Source of the DNA: an uncultured candidate division Zixibacteria bacterium
GTDB lineage: Bacteria; Zixibacteria; MSB-5A5; UBA10806; 4484-95
Assembly (NCBI GenBank): GCA_963668625.2
Contig: CAXXKA010000006.1
Location: forward strand, 832,001-896,000
Length of the DNA: 64,000 bases
Direction of reading: 5' to 3'
The notes below the pieces were generated by a model. It saw nothing but the letters and a program-made list of their open reading frames with translations, was not told where the DNA came from and ran no database searches. Of the stretch, positions 8,158 to 18,092 are shown piece after piece. Position numbers and translations under genes: made by a program. Within the stretch, counting starts at the first letter, position 1, and each line of letters starts with the position of its first letter.

Positions 8158-9660
8158 GTGATAAAATCGCGCCTGAAAATACTGCTTTTCATAATGCTAC
8201 TAGGCTTTTCCTGCCAGGCGTCTTTCGGCCAGGCTTACAGCACTTTTAACGAACGCGATGATCAATACCGTCTGCTGGGATTGAAGCGGGCGAAGGAATC
8301 ATACGAGGTTGCCCGGGCGGAATACGAGCGGCAGAAAGAACTGTTCGATAAGCGCCTTATCTCGCAAACCGAACTCGATCAAGCGCGTGGCGTATTTTCC
8401 GATGCCGAGGTAAACTATCAGCAATCGCTGCTGGCCGTGTTGTTCGAAAAACAGTTTATCTCGGTGCAATCAGCGGTAAAGTACCATGCCCCCGATGGCT
8501 CCCGCCATGTGCGTTTGACAATGGCCAACACCTCAGGCGGTTCCGAGGAGTTTCAGAAGATGCTCAAGATCGATGACGAGCTTTTCAGGTCTCTTCAACC
8601 TAATATTATACACAATACTTACGTGTCGTTGATGAACGATGACAACGCTATAGTCAGCCAGCCTTATGAGGCAAAAATTACCGAACTTCGATATAGCCAA
8701 CCGCAGACGATCGATTTCCGGCTTCTGCAAGACCTTGACGCCGTAACCGTGTTCGTAATTTACGGTAATGGAAATCAGCGAAGCATGAAAATATTTCTTC
8801 AAAAAGATTCCTCGGTGAATAAAGTCGCAGTTCAATCGGAGCAGTTTTCTCAGGAGGTCGAACTCGGCAAAACCGCCAATTACGGTTTGACACTCGAGCT
8901 GTTCAGTGGTATCGAAAATACATTCTCACTCGAGGTGGTCAACCTACCCTCGGAAATAAGCCATTATTTCAGCAATGCCGACGGTAATGTCAGGCTGAGG
9001 CAGGTCAAGTTTAACGAAAGCAGCCGGACTAAAAATGCTATCCTGAAAATAACGTTGCCCGACAGGACCGGGGCCGAACTCGCGATGGATGAGCCGATCG
9101 TTTTCTATGCCCTGGCAATGCCGCAAAACAAGCTCAAGGATGTGAGCGGTAAGCGTGAACATCACTGGACGGAGGAGGAACTGATTGCTCTCGATATTGG
9201 CTATGTCAGGCTGGAATTGATACCTCGCGGTAGAGGCGAATTGATAGTCAGGGCGCCACAGCTATATCGTAGTATACTTCCCGATGAGACAGTTGAGATG
9301 AGCCTTGACCTGGTTAACGAAGGCAGTCGTCGATTGGACCACATTGAGATCGAGGCCGACCCGCCGCTCAATTGGGATAAAGAGATCATTCCCCAGAATC
9401 TAGCCTCGCTGGATATTAACGAAGAGGCGAAAATCAAGCTCAAATTTACCCCGCCTGAAAATATAGCGATGGGTAAATACGAGATCAGGATTAAAACCTC
9501 AGGACTTTCCAGCGGATTACCGGTATCAGGCAGCGAGAAGATAGCTACGGTGGAGATACGTTCCAAAACCAATATTATCGGCACGGCTGCTATCGTGTTG
9601 TTTATTCTGCTGATTGTCGGGGGAATAGTATTTTACGGTATAAGGCTTTCAAGAAAATAA
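8158..9660 (+). CDS. exported NEW3/Ig-like domain protein with N-terminal coiled-coil hairpin and C-terminal TM anchor
   Basis: Signal peptide; AEYERQKELFDKRLISQTELDQA hairpin; NEGSRRLDHIEIEADPPLNW...FTPPENIAMGKYEIRI (NEW3-like); C-terminal TM followed by RLSRK. Confidence 0.75.
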   Translation: MIKSRLKILLFIMLLGFSCQASFGQAYSTFNERDDQYRLLGLKRAKESYEVARAEYERQKELFDKRLISQTELDQARGVFSDAEVNYQQSLLAVLFEKQFISVQSAVKYHAPDGSRHVRLTMANTSGGSEEFQKMLKIDDELFRSLQPNIIHNTYVSLMNDDNAIVSQPYEAKITELRYSQPQTIDFRLLQDLDAVTVFVIYGNGNQRSMKIFLQKDSSVNKVAVQSEQFSQEVELGKTANYGLTLELFSGIENTFSLEVVNLPSEISHYFSNADGNVRLRQVKFNESSRTKNAILKITLPDRTGAELAMDEPIVFYALAMPQNKLKDVSGKREHHWTEEELIALDIGYVRLELIPRGRGELIVRAPQLYRSILPDETVEMSLDLVNEGSRRLDHIEIEADPPLNWDKEIIPQNLASLDINEEAKIKLKFTPPENIAMGKYEIRIKTSGLSSGLPVSGSEKIATVEIRSKTNIIGTAAIVLFILLIVGGIVFYGIRLSRK

Positions 9661-9680
9661 CTGCTAATGAAAGGTAAGAT

Positions 9681-10469
9681 ATGAATGAGACTAGCATAAA
9701 TTTCACGCCTGCACTGGAGGCAAAGAACCTGACCAAAATATACGAGGATGATGTAAGAGCGTTGGACAATGTCTCGTTTACGGTGAAACCGGGGGAGATA
9801 TTCGCTTTACTCGGCGGAAACGGAGCAGGCAAAACAACAACTATAAATATCTTTCTCAATTTCATAGAGCCTACGGAAGGGCAGGCTTTAATAAACGGTA
9901 TAGACTCGTCGGGGGAGCCGTTGAAGGCCAAGAAAAACGTGGCCTTCGTTTCGGAAAACGTGATGTTGTATTCTAATTTTACTGCCATCCAGAATCTCGA
10001 TTTCTTCGCGCATCTTGGCGGACAAAACGAATACAGCCGAAGCGATTATCATGATATATTGTTCCGGGTTGGGCTGGATGAGAAATACCATTCGAGGAAG
10101 CTGAAAGATTTTTCCAAAGGGATGCGTCAAAAATGCGGTATCGCCATAGCTATATTGAAAAACGCTCCCGCGGTACTTCTGGATGAACCTACCTCGGGAC
10201 TCGATCCGAAAGCGGGGCGCGATTTCATAGAGCTGCTTAAATCACTTAAAGATGAGCGCAAGGCGATACTCATGTCCACTCATGATATATTTCGGGCCAA
10301 GGAGATAGCCGATACGGTGGCGATCATGGATCGCGGTAAGCTGGTGATGAAAAAATCAGTGGCTGAGATTGCCGATAAGGATCTCGAACATATTTACCTT
10401 CAGTATATGAGCGGTTTTAACGGCGTGGATGAAGGAAGTGGAGGGCTTTATGCTGAAGGTCATCATTGA
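9681..10469 (+). CDS. ABC transporter ATP-binding protein
   Basis: GGNGAGKTT, FSKGMRQK, LLDEPTSGLD, H-loop STH. Confidence 0.95.
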   Translation: MNETSINFTPALEAKNLTKIYEDDVRALDNVSFTVKPGEIFALLGGNGAGKTTTINIFLNFIEPTEGQALINGIDSSGEPLKAKKNVAFVSENVMLYSNFTAIQNLDFFAHLGGQNEYSRSDYHDILFRVGLDEKYHSRKLKDFSKGMRQKCGIAIAILKNAPAVLLDEPTSGLDPKAGRDFIELLKSLKDERKAILMSTHDIFRAKEIADTVAIMDRGKLVMKKSVAEIADKDLEHIYLQYMSGFNGVDEGSGGLYAEGHH

Positions 10470-11877
10470 AAAAGAGATTCGCGATCTTGTCGGCTCCTCC
10501 AAGTTCGTTATCACATTCGGCGTATGCGCGTTTTTGGTCATCCTGACATTTTACCTGGGGGCCACGCGTTACAAGCTGAATCTAGCTCAGCATGAAGCTT
10601 CGAAATCCGAGCTGTATCGGTCGATGGAGGGAGTGACCGATTGGTTTGATATCGAGGATATCAATATATTTCTGCCACCTCAACCGTTGGCTGCTTTAGT
10701 GTCCGGCGTCTCCAACGATATCGGGCGCACCGCTCATATCTCCGGTCAAGGATCGATTCCCACCGAGGACAGCAGGTACAACGAGGACCCGATATTCGCA
10801 ATCTTCCGCTTTATCGACCTGGAGTTCATTTTCGCTGTCATCCTGTCGCTATTCGCTATTCTGCTAGGCTATGATATGATAAGCGGAGAAAAGGAGAAAG
10901 GCACCTTGAAACTCTCGTTTGCCAACGCCATACCGAAAGGCCAGTACATATTAGGCAAACTGATCGGCTCGTTGATTACGCTATTCATTTCGATAATACT
11001 TGCTATCTCATTAGGGGTGCTGGTATTCGTGCTGATGGGAATAGAGCTGAACTCGGGAGAATGGCTGCGCCTGGGTTTGATAATACTTTCCGGGATGCTT
11101 TTTATCGGTGTATTTCTCAATCTTTCGGTATTCATCTCGGCGCTTACTCATCACTCGGCCAATTCGTTTCTGATCCTACTGGTTATCTGGGTGATGTGCG
11201 TGCATATAATTCCCCGGGCGTCGGTGTTGATGGCGGCGCGTTCGGTGGATGTATTATCCGTGGATGAGATCACCTATCAAAAGGCGATATTGTCAGCGCA
11301 ACTTTCCGAGGAGTTCCGGGATGGCATGATGAATTTCTCGATTGCCCCGAATACGGGCGATCCCGAAACGATTAATATCGGAAATATAAACCGATATATC
11401 GATTCGTTGAGTGGCATCCGTGAAGCCAAGATGAATAAATTGTCATCCCGTCTGGATGAGCAGCGAACGAACGAACAGCGGCAGCAGGAGATTCGGGCAA
11501 TGGGCATCGCCAGGATATCGCCTGTAACCGCCTACTCGCTTTCGGTCGCCGACCTGGCCGGCACCTCGACTCGGCTGAAAAACAGATTTTTGGATGAGGC
11601 CATCAAATACCAGGACGAGTTCCGGGAGTTTATCAAAGAGAAAACCGGTTTCAGTTTAGGCAGTGGCCTGAGAGTTACAGCAACTTTCGATGATGGCAGC
11701 GAACAACAAAAGCCTGAGCCAATCGATATCGGGGAGATGCCGGCGTTTACGTTTGCCAATCACGGTATTAAAGAGGCGGCTAATAGAGCGGTGAAAGATA
11801 TGGGCTTACTTTCGATTTTTAACCTGTTGTTTTTCGCCGGAGCGTTCATCGCGTTCGTGCGGTATGATGTCAGGTAA
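10450..11877 (+). CDS. ABC-2 type permease subunit with large extracytoplasmic loops
   Basis: KEIRD N-terminus, ISGEKEKGTLKL motif, multiple TMs, C-terminal RYDVR. Confidence 0.9.
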   Translation: MLKVIIEKEIRDLVGSSKFVITFGVCAFLVILTFYLGATRYKLNLAQHEASKSELYRSMEGVTDWFDIEDINIFLPPQPLAALVSGVSNDIGRTAHISGQGSIPTEDSRYNEDPIFAIFRFIDLEFIFAVILSLFAILLGYDMISGEKEKGTLKLSFANAIPKGQYILGKLIGSLITLFISIILAISLGVLVFVLMGIELNSGEWLRLGLIILSGMLFIGVFLNLSVFISALTHHSANSFLILLVIWVMCVHIIPRASVLMAARSVDVLSVDEITYQKAILSAQLSEEFRDGMMNFSIAPNTGDPETINIGNINRYIDSLSGIREAKMNKLSSRLDEQRTNEQRQQEIRAMGIARISPVTAYSLSVADLAGTSTRLKNRFLDEAIKYQDEFREFIKEKTGFSLGSGLRVTATFDDGSEQQKPEPIDIGEMPAFTFANHGIKEAANRAVKDMGLLSIFNLLFFAGAFIAFVRYDVR

Positions 11878-11889
11878 GGGTAGGTAATA

Positions 11890-13349
11890 ATGTTAAAACA
11901 TATGATAAACAAAGAGATAAGAGCAATTTCATTAAGCCCCAAATTCACCGGCACGTTTTTGGTTTGCTCAATACTGATACTTCTTTCCATGTATTCTGGG
12001 ATCAGGGAATATAATGCGATGAACGAGCGCTATCATTCGGCCTCGCAACTCGTAGATCAGAAAATAGAGCAAGTTACATCATGGAGCAGTATGAACACGC
12101 GTGTTTACCGCGAGCCCGATCCGATGCTGGTTTTCGTTTCAGGACTCGACTACGATATCGGCCGCTGGACGCCGATTTCCGATGAAAGCAGTATCAAGCT
12201 AAAAAACAGCGCTTACTCGGATGATCCGATTTATGCCGTATTCAGATTCATCGATTTCGGTTTTATCGTGCAATACGTGCTGACTTTATTTGCGCTGCTG
12301 TTTACGTTCAATGCCATAAACGGGGAACGAGAGGATGGTACGCTCAAGCTGGTGCTATCCAATTCGATTAAAAGAGCTAAATACCTGACCGGCAAGATTG
12401 TCGGTACCTGGCTCAGCCTGGTTATTCCGATAAGTATCCCGGTACTTCTGGGACTTCTCTTGTTGATGATATTCAATGTGCCGCTTGGTGCGGAGGATTG
12501 GCTGAAGATAATATTATTTCTGGTATTTTCGCTGATACTATTCACATTCTTCATTTCGCTGGGGTTGTTGATATCCGCGCTTACCCGAAAATCCTCTACC
12601 TCGTTTTTAATCAGCCTCGTGATCTGGGTTATCCTGGTGATAATCATTCCCCGGGCCGGGATTATGGCTGCTGGTTATATGGTGAACGTGCCGCGCGTGG
12701 CTGAAATAGAAGGGCAGTTAAGCAAGTACTCCCAGGATTTATGGAGGAATTCAATCAGGGATCATCGGAGCGCTGGGCGGAATACGAACAGGAAGGTGAC
12801 GATATATCAATCGATGATGAGATGTTGTGGGAGATGCTCGAGGTCGAGGATTCGCTGCAGCATGTACTCGAACAGAGAATTCATGCTTTCGATTTGAAAC
12901 TGCGAGAGGATTTACGCCAACGGAAAATACAGCAAGAGAGGTTGGCTTACGTACTTTCGGGCATATCGCCAGTGGCCGCTTATCAGATAGGCGCGATGTC
13001 TTTAGCTGGCACCGATGCCGAGATAAAGAAGCGTTACGAGGACGCTGCCAATAACTTCCGACATGAGTTTTACGAGCATGTAGAGAAGAAGAAGAAGGAG
13101 ACCGGTGATCTGGGCAGGATGATCGTTACTTTTACTATGGATGATGATGGCAATCAGAGCATGTCAAGCGCCGGCGACCGCGAGCCGGGCAAGCTCGATA
13201 CCGACGGCCTGCCGAAATTCTCACCACCGAAACAGACATTGAGCGAGGCAATATCGCCCACGGTATTGCCAATCGGTATGATACTGATGTATTCGATAGT
13301 CGCTTTCGGTGCGGCCTCGGTGGCATTCGTAAGGTATGATGTGAGATGA
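11890..13349 (+). pseudogene. second ABC-2 permease subunit, split by a single frameshift near 12743 (pseudogene or sequencing error)
   Basis: ORF 11890-12897 (INGEREDGTLKL) and ORF 12741-13349 (ends RYDVR) join as QDLW-EEFNQ if one G is restored; paralog of the upstream permease. Confidence 0.8.
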
Positions 13350-13432
13350 TGCTGCGGTAGGTCACGCGTGACTAACCCGCGCAAGATTTTACAACCGTGG
13401 TATGCATGAAATAGCAGAGAATTCAACAAGTG

Positions 13433-13675
13433 GTAGCCCACCTCAGGGGGACTATTGAGAAGTCTATTTCATGAGTTGTTGGGCGAACGAAGTCCTTTAT
13501 TCATCTTTTCCCGGCGACATGCCGCATGAATGCAGCAGGAAGGAAAGGATTCCTTCCTGCTCAGTGAAAGATAAAATAGTGGCAGCCCACCTCAGGATAG
13601 AAGATCTGAGGTGGGTTAGCCTGCTTGCAGCAAACGAATATCCCCGCCCCGTTGTCAGGAGCTACAGCTCCTGAC
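13433..13675. repeat. REP-like palindromes
   Basis: CCCACCTCAG-N10-CTGAGGTGGG (13586-13615; half copy ~13436; related copy 40198-40222) and perfect GTCAGGAGCT-ac-AGCTCCTGAC (13654-13675). Confidence 0.65.
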
Positions 13676-13814
13676 CTACGCCTCACCCCATCTCATAAAC
13701 ATCTAAATAAATTATTTCTTCATCATAAAAAAGTTAGCTGACAGTAAATCATCAACTTAGAAAAACAGGTGTGCTTGCACCATCTACTCAGGCTCAATTA
13801 TTATTCATTGCGGC

Positions 13815-13843
13815 TTGACAGCTCGGAAATTCCATCGTATAAA
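13815..13843 (+). promoter_or_regulatory. sigma70 promoter upstream of tdk
   Basis: TTGACA-17 bp-TATAAA. Confidence 0.6.
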
Positions 13844-13879
13844 CACCCGGTTGTAATGTTAATATTAATTCTTCTTTAG

Positions 13880-13998
13880 GAGGTTGTTGAAAAGTTTGTC
13901 ATTAGCGTCGTTAGGAATCCTTTCCTGACGAAATACCGCTTGGAACCAGGTGACAGGAAGGGATTCCTACCACCTCAGGCAGGTTTTTCAACAACCTC
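13880..13998. mobile_element. MITE-like element with 14-bp terminal inverted repeats
   Basis: GAGGTTGTTGAAAA...TTTTCAACAACCTC with an internal IR TAGGAATCCTTTCCTG/CAGGAAGGGATTCCTA; related copy at 39346-39452. Confidence 0.65.
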
Positions 13999-14017
13999 TC
14001 AAGCAACGGTGGTGTGA

Positions 14018-14662
14018 ATGGTTCCCCCGAATGGTGATTTTATTAAACCGGGAGTTCTAGAAGTCTTTCCCGGATGTATGTTCTCGTTTAAAACCAGACG
14101 ATTAGTAGATAGAGTAAGACCGCTTCAACATATACCCGGAGCCAGATTTCTATTTATCCGGCCACAGATCGATACCCGTCCCCCGGATGTTCGCAACGAT
14201 CCGCTCGATTACGCTAACTGGGAGTTCGTTGACCAGAATAATCCCGAGGGCATATTCGACCTGGTACAAACGGTTCATTGCTATATCTCTATCGATGAGG
14301 CGCACTTTTTCGGAGATGGATTCACGCAAGTGATCGAGGAACTTCTACTGGACGGTAAGAATGTAGGAATAGCCGGACTTGATCTCGATTTTAAAGGTGA
14401 ACCGTTTGGCCAGATGCCGGATATCCTGTGTATGGCCAACGAGGTTTACAAAGGCTCGGCTGTCTGCAAATACCCTGGATGCGGCGCGCCTGCCACGCGA
14501 ACTCAGCGGCTGTTAAACGGCCGACCGGCGGATTACGACTCGCCGCTGGTAGCAATCGAGGGCGAGGCGTATTACGAGCCGCGATGCCTGCACCATCACG
14601 AGGTGCCCGGCAAACCCAAGCTGGATACGGTTTATTTTGCCAGAAATGTGCAGAGTAATTAA
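14018..14662 (+). CDS. tdk: thymidine kinase (divergent P-loop)
   Basis: GCMFSFKT, RPQIDTR, IDEAHFF, AGLDLDFKGEPFG, Zn-site CKYPGC...YEPRCLHH, ATRTQR. Confidence 0.85.
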   Translation: MVPPNGDFIKPGVLEVFPGCMFSFKTRRLVDRVRPLQHIPGARFLFIRPQIDTRPPDVRNDPLDYANWEFVDQNNPEGIFDLVQTVHCYISIDEAHFFGDGFTQVIEELLLDGKNVGIAGLDLDFKGEPFGQMPDILCMANEVYKGSAVCKYPGCGAPATRTQRLLNGRPADYDSPLVAIEGEAYYEPRCLHHHEVPGKPKLDTVYFARNVQSN

Positions 14663-14765
14663 CATAGTATTTCAGAATCTTGACATTATCTATATTCCTA
14701 TTTGATATTTTGGGTGCAATTATATAAATTAGCCGCAATTAATTTAAAATATAAAGGGAGGAGCG

Positions 14766-15485
14766 ATGAATACGAGCCAAACTAAAGCCGTAACCGGAAA
14801 CCTGACTATCCATACCAACCCATTGATCGAGCAGGATCTTACTATTATGATGCAACAGGATGCTGATATACGTGATTACAACGGCGCGGTTACTCGTATC
14901 ACTTTCCTGCTTGCCTCTTTAGCCTCAGGTTTGTTAGATACTAAACAGCTCGAATTCACTACTAAATGGGGGGAAACCCAAAGCCAGGTGATCGACTCGC
15001 AGCCGCTTATCATATATATAGAGCGCGGGGTTAAAGCCATGCGTTACCCGTTCGAGCTATTATATCCCAATGCCGATACGCTTACATTAACAGCCTCCCG
15101 GGATGGTGATAATCCGTGGAACGCCAAGCTTACCATGATGAATATCAAATTTCCACCACATAATCCAAAACGTAAGTATATTATTGCGGATGCCACCTGC
15201 GCTACCGGCGGGACTATTTTCGCGGTCGCCGATTACCTCAGGAAAGAGGGCTTGATCTCGCCTGATAATAACGAGGTGGATAATTTGGCGGTAGTCAGCA
15301 TATTCACCGGCCAGCCCGGTCTGGACAGGTTATTCGAGACGTTCCCGAAAATTCATGTGTACACGGCCAGGGTAATTCCCGAGCTCGATAAGCATTGCTA
15401 TTTGATACACGGTCCTTATGATGCCGGTACACGCGGTAATTTCTGTATCGAGACGATTAAGACCATACCTGAGAGTAAGAAGTAG
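14766..15485 (+). CDS. upp: uracil phosphoribosyltransferase-like protein (divergent)
   Basis: NPLIEQDLTIM, PRPP loop IIADATCATGGT, ELDKHCYLIHGPYDAGTR (cf. LNExGYIVPGLGDAGDR). Confidence 0.65.
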   Translation: MNTSQTKAVTGNLTIHTNPLIEQDLTIMMQQDADIRDYNGAVTRITFLLASLASGLLDTKQLEFTTKWGETQSQVIDSQPLIIYIERGVKAMRYPFELLYPNADTLTLTASRDGDNPWNAKLTMMNIKFPPHNPKRKYIIADATCATGGTIFAVADYLRKEGLISPDNNEVDNLAVVSIFTGQPGLDRLFETFPKIHVYTARVIPELDKHCYLIHGPYDAGTRGNFCIETIKTIPESKK

Positions 15486-15572
15486 ACAAAGCCCACTCGG
15501 GGCTTGACTGACCCGCGTACATAATTACAAACACAATTTGAATTTATAGAAACAATTTAGATTAATATATCA

Positions 15573-15952
15573 TCTCATTACGAAGCGCTGCTTCGTGATG
15601 CCGCTGGCATTGGAACGGTTATTTTATAGCCCACGCCGGGTAAGCCGTTTCCCAAGCAGCGCTCGGGAAACAGGGAAAAGAGGGTAGCGCTCGGGAAACA
15701 GGGAATAGACGGCAACGTTTGGAGCACAAGGGAGAAATGCAAATGGATTTCTCCACCCGGTGTCAGCAGCTACAGAACTATGCACCCGATTTGTCGCCCT
15801 CGGCTTTTCGCTATAACTAATTATATCTTATCACTACTGTCCGGCCTTTCCATCTCGTTGCGAAGCGCTGCTTCTCAACGTGGCTTGTTTACCGGCAGAA
15901 TGCGCATTCTACATGACTCAAGAAGGTTTCCAAGCAGCGCTTGGAAACCAGG
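15573..15952. repeat. cluster of REP/BIME-like palindromes
   Basis: CGAAGCGCTGCTTCG (~15581, ~15860), GTTTCCCAAGCAGCGCTCGGGAAAC (~15647) with a duplicated AGCGCTCGGGAAACAGGGAA, and GGTTTCCAAGCAGCGCTTGGAAACC (~15925). Confidence 0.7.
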
Positions 15953-16115
15953 AAACTAAGCCTAACATCAGCAGGACATGTCAGGATGCATGATACGCTG
16001 AATATAATAATTATATCGGAAAATATTTTTCACTAACAATTCCAAAGAAAAATATAAAAATTAGCGAAAAACGCCGGACACTAGTGATATCTTATATTCT
16101 ATTACCAACCTCTGA

Positions 16116-16566
16116 TTATTTCCCTATCAGCTCCTCCACCTTGGCTATAACCGCCTCCGGATCGATTGGCTTGTCGATAAACATATCGGGCTTCAGCATA
16201 CCGTCATCCCGCATTTGTTTGATATTTTTTCGCATTGCCTCGCGCAAGGCTGTCGTAGGGACGCTCATGCGTATCATCCGATTCGGCGTCGAGATCATCC
16301 AACACCTCAGCCACGCCGGTAAGCATTATCACCGGTAAATCTTTGTATTTTTCATCCATCCTGAGCTGCTTTATAAGCACGAACCCGGTCTTTTTCGGCA
16401 TCATAACATCCAGTAAAACCAGATCCGGGTTTTGAGCTTTTATCATCTCCAAACCATCCCTACCATTATCGGCGGAGATGGGAGTATAGCCGTTCTCCTC
16501 CAGAGCGGCTGATAAAAACTTGACTGTGCTGACATCATCGTCAACTACCAGAACTTTTTTGGCCAT
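16116..16566 (-). pseudogene. single-domain response regulator, frameshifted near 16247 (or sequencing error)
   Basis: VLVVDDD and LLDVMMP in ORF 16204-16566; C-terminal FIDKPIDPEAVIAKVEEL in ORF 16116-16298; removing one base joins them as PYDSLREAMRK. Confidence 0.8.
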
Positions 16567-18025
16567 GATTGTTCTCCTTGTTTACGCCGGTTGCTGTTAT
16601 TGGAATCACGATCCGAAACACGGTACCCTTATCGGGTTCGGATTCGACATCGATATTTCCATTATGTACTTCGATCATTCTCGAGGTGATAGATAAACCC
16701 AGACCGGTGCCGGCCTTGCTTTTAGTACTGAAAAAAGGCGCGAATATATTGGCCTTGACATCCTCCGGCATTCCGCAGCCGTTGTCACTCACCTCGATAA
16801 CTGCGTTTTCTCCATTATGATTGCGATAAGCGGTAAGCTCAACCCTGGGTGTTTCACCCTCGCTATACTCTTTCCACAGGCAGGCATCGATGGCGTTAGA
16901 AACGATATCCATCACCGAGGAGTGAATCATCCGCGAATCGCACTGAACCAGAGGCATCTCAGGCGAGGAGTGGAGCTGAAATAGCACGCCTTTATCTGCC
17001 GCCGATTTCTCAATCACCTGGTTGATATCAGATAGCAACTGCGATAGGTCGACATCCTCCGGGCGAGGTTTCCACTCTTTAACGTACTTGAGCATATCCA
17101 TCGACATGGCGGTGAGCTTTTCGATACCCTCCTGCACGATATCCCAGCCCTCGGCCAGCATCTTCTTATTATCTTTGGCTATGCCTGTCCTGACCATATA
17201 CGAGCCGCCCTTCAAGGCATTGAGCATGTTTTTCATCGAATGTTGAATGCCGGTGAACACCTCGCCGATTGCCGCCAGACGTTGCGATTGTATAAGCTGT
17301 TTCTGCAGGCGTTTCTCCTCGGTGATATCCTTGCTGATTCCGATAGTGCCGATCATTTCACCGGCCGGATTACGCAGACGCGAGATAGTCAATAGAACAT
17401 CCCTGATCTGGTTATCGCTGGTGCGGAATTTGGTTTCGTAGTTGGCCACGCTTTCACGATGCTCCAACCTGCCGATGGCTATCTCTCTATCGCGAGGATT
17501 GGCAAACAGCATCTCTATAGGTTTGCCTAAAAGATCGAATCTTTTATAGCCAAGGGCATTTTCGGCGCCGGAATTTAGCGAGAGAATTTTACCGGTAGAA
17601 TTGACCGTGATGATTATATCGGCGGTGCTTTCCAGGATGCCCTCCAGATAATCGCGGGCTTTTTTCAGCTCGGCAACGAAAAACGACAGCATATCGGCCA
17701 TATCGTTAAACGAGGAGGCAAGCTCGCTGAATTCATCGCCATCATTCTCATGCAAACGATAGTCGAACTCTTTGTCGGCCAGCTTCTCCATCGCGATCGA
17801 TAACTTGTTCGCCGGTTTTTTGATATACAATCCGACAATGAACCATGAGAATCCGAAACTTAGTATTATTAATATTGATAAGGTGATAATCGTACGAATC
17901 AAACCGCCCCATTCGGAGATACGCAGAAGATAGAATCCGGAAATCAACACCAGCGAGTTTAGTATGAAAAACGCCAGACCCAATTTCCAAAATATCGTGA
18001 CACGAGAATACATGAGTAACCCCAT
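16541..18025 (-). CDS. HAMP-PAS sensor histidine kinase
   Basis: Two TMs, HAMP (DEFSELASSFNDM), PAS, H-box GIQHSMKNML, SNAIDA, DNGCG, GTGLGL. Confidence 0.92.
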   Translation of the reverse strand: MGLLMYSRVTIFWKLGLAFFILNSLVLISGFYLLRISEWGGLIRTIITLSILIILSFGFSWFIVGLYIKKPANKLSIAMEKLADKEFDYRLHENDGDEFSELASSFNDMADMLSFFVAELKKARDYLEGILESTADIIITVNSTGKILSLNSGAENALGYKRFDLLGKPIEMLFANPRDREIAIGRLEHRESVANYETKFRTSDNQIRDVLLTISRLRNPAGEMIGTIGISKDITEEKRLQKQLIQSQRLAAIGEVFTGIQHSMKNMLNALKGGSYMVRTGIAKDNKKMLAEGWDIVQEGIEKLTAMSMDMLKYVKEWKPRPEDVDLSQLLSDINQVIEKSAADKGVLFQLHSSPEMPLVQCDSRMIHSSVMDIVSNAIDACLWKEYSEGETPRVELTAYRNHNGENAVIEVSDNGCGMPEDVKANIFAPFFSTKSKAGTGLGLSITSRMIEVHNGNIDVESEPDKGTVFRIVIPITATGVNKENNHGQKSSGS

Positions 18026-18092
18026 CACCTTAGATTTACGGTAACGACTCGTTGAATACACTTTTCTTTATATCAACAGCCCCCGGTGGCTT

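Noticed and set aside
15647-15706. Short tandem repeat resembling a mini-CRISPR
   Set aside because: Only two partial copies with a ~10-bp gap and no cas genes; fits REP duplication
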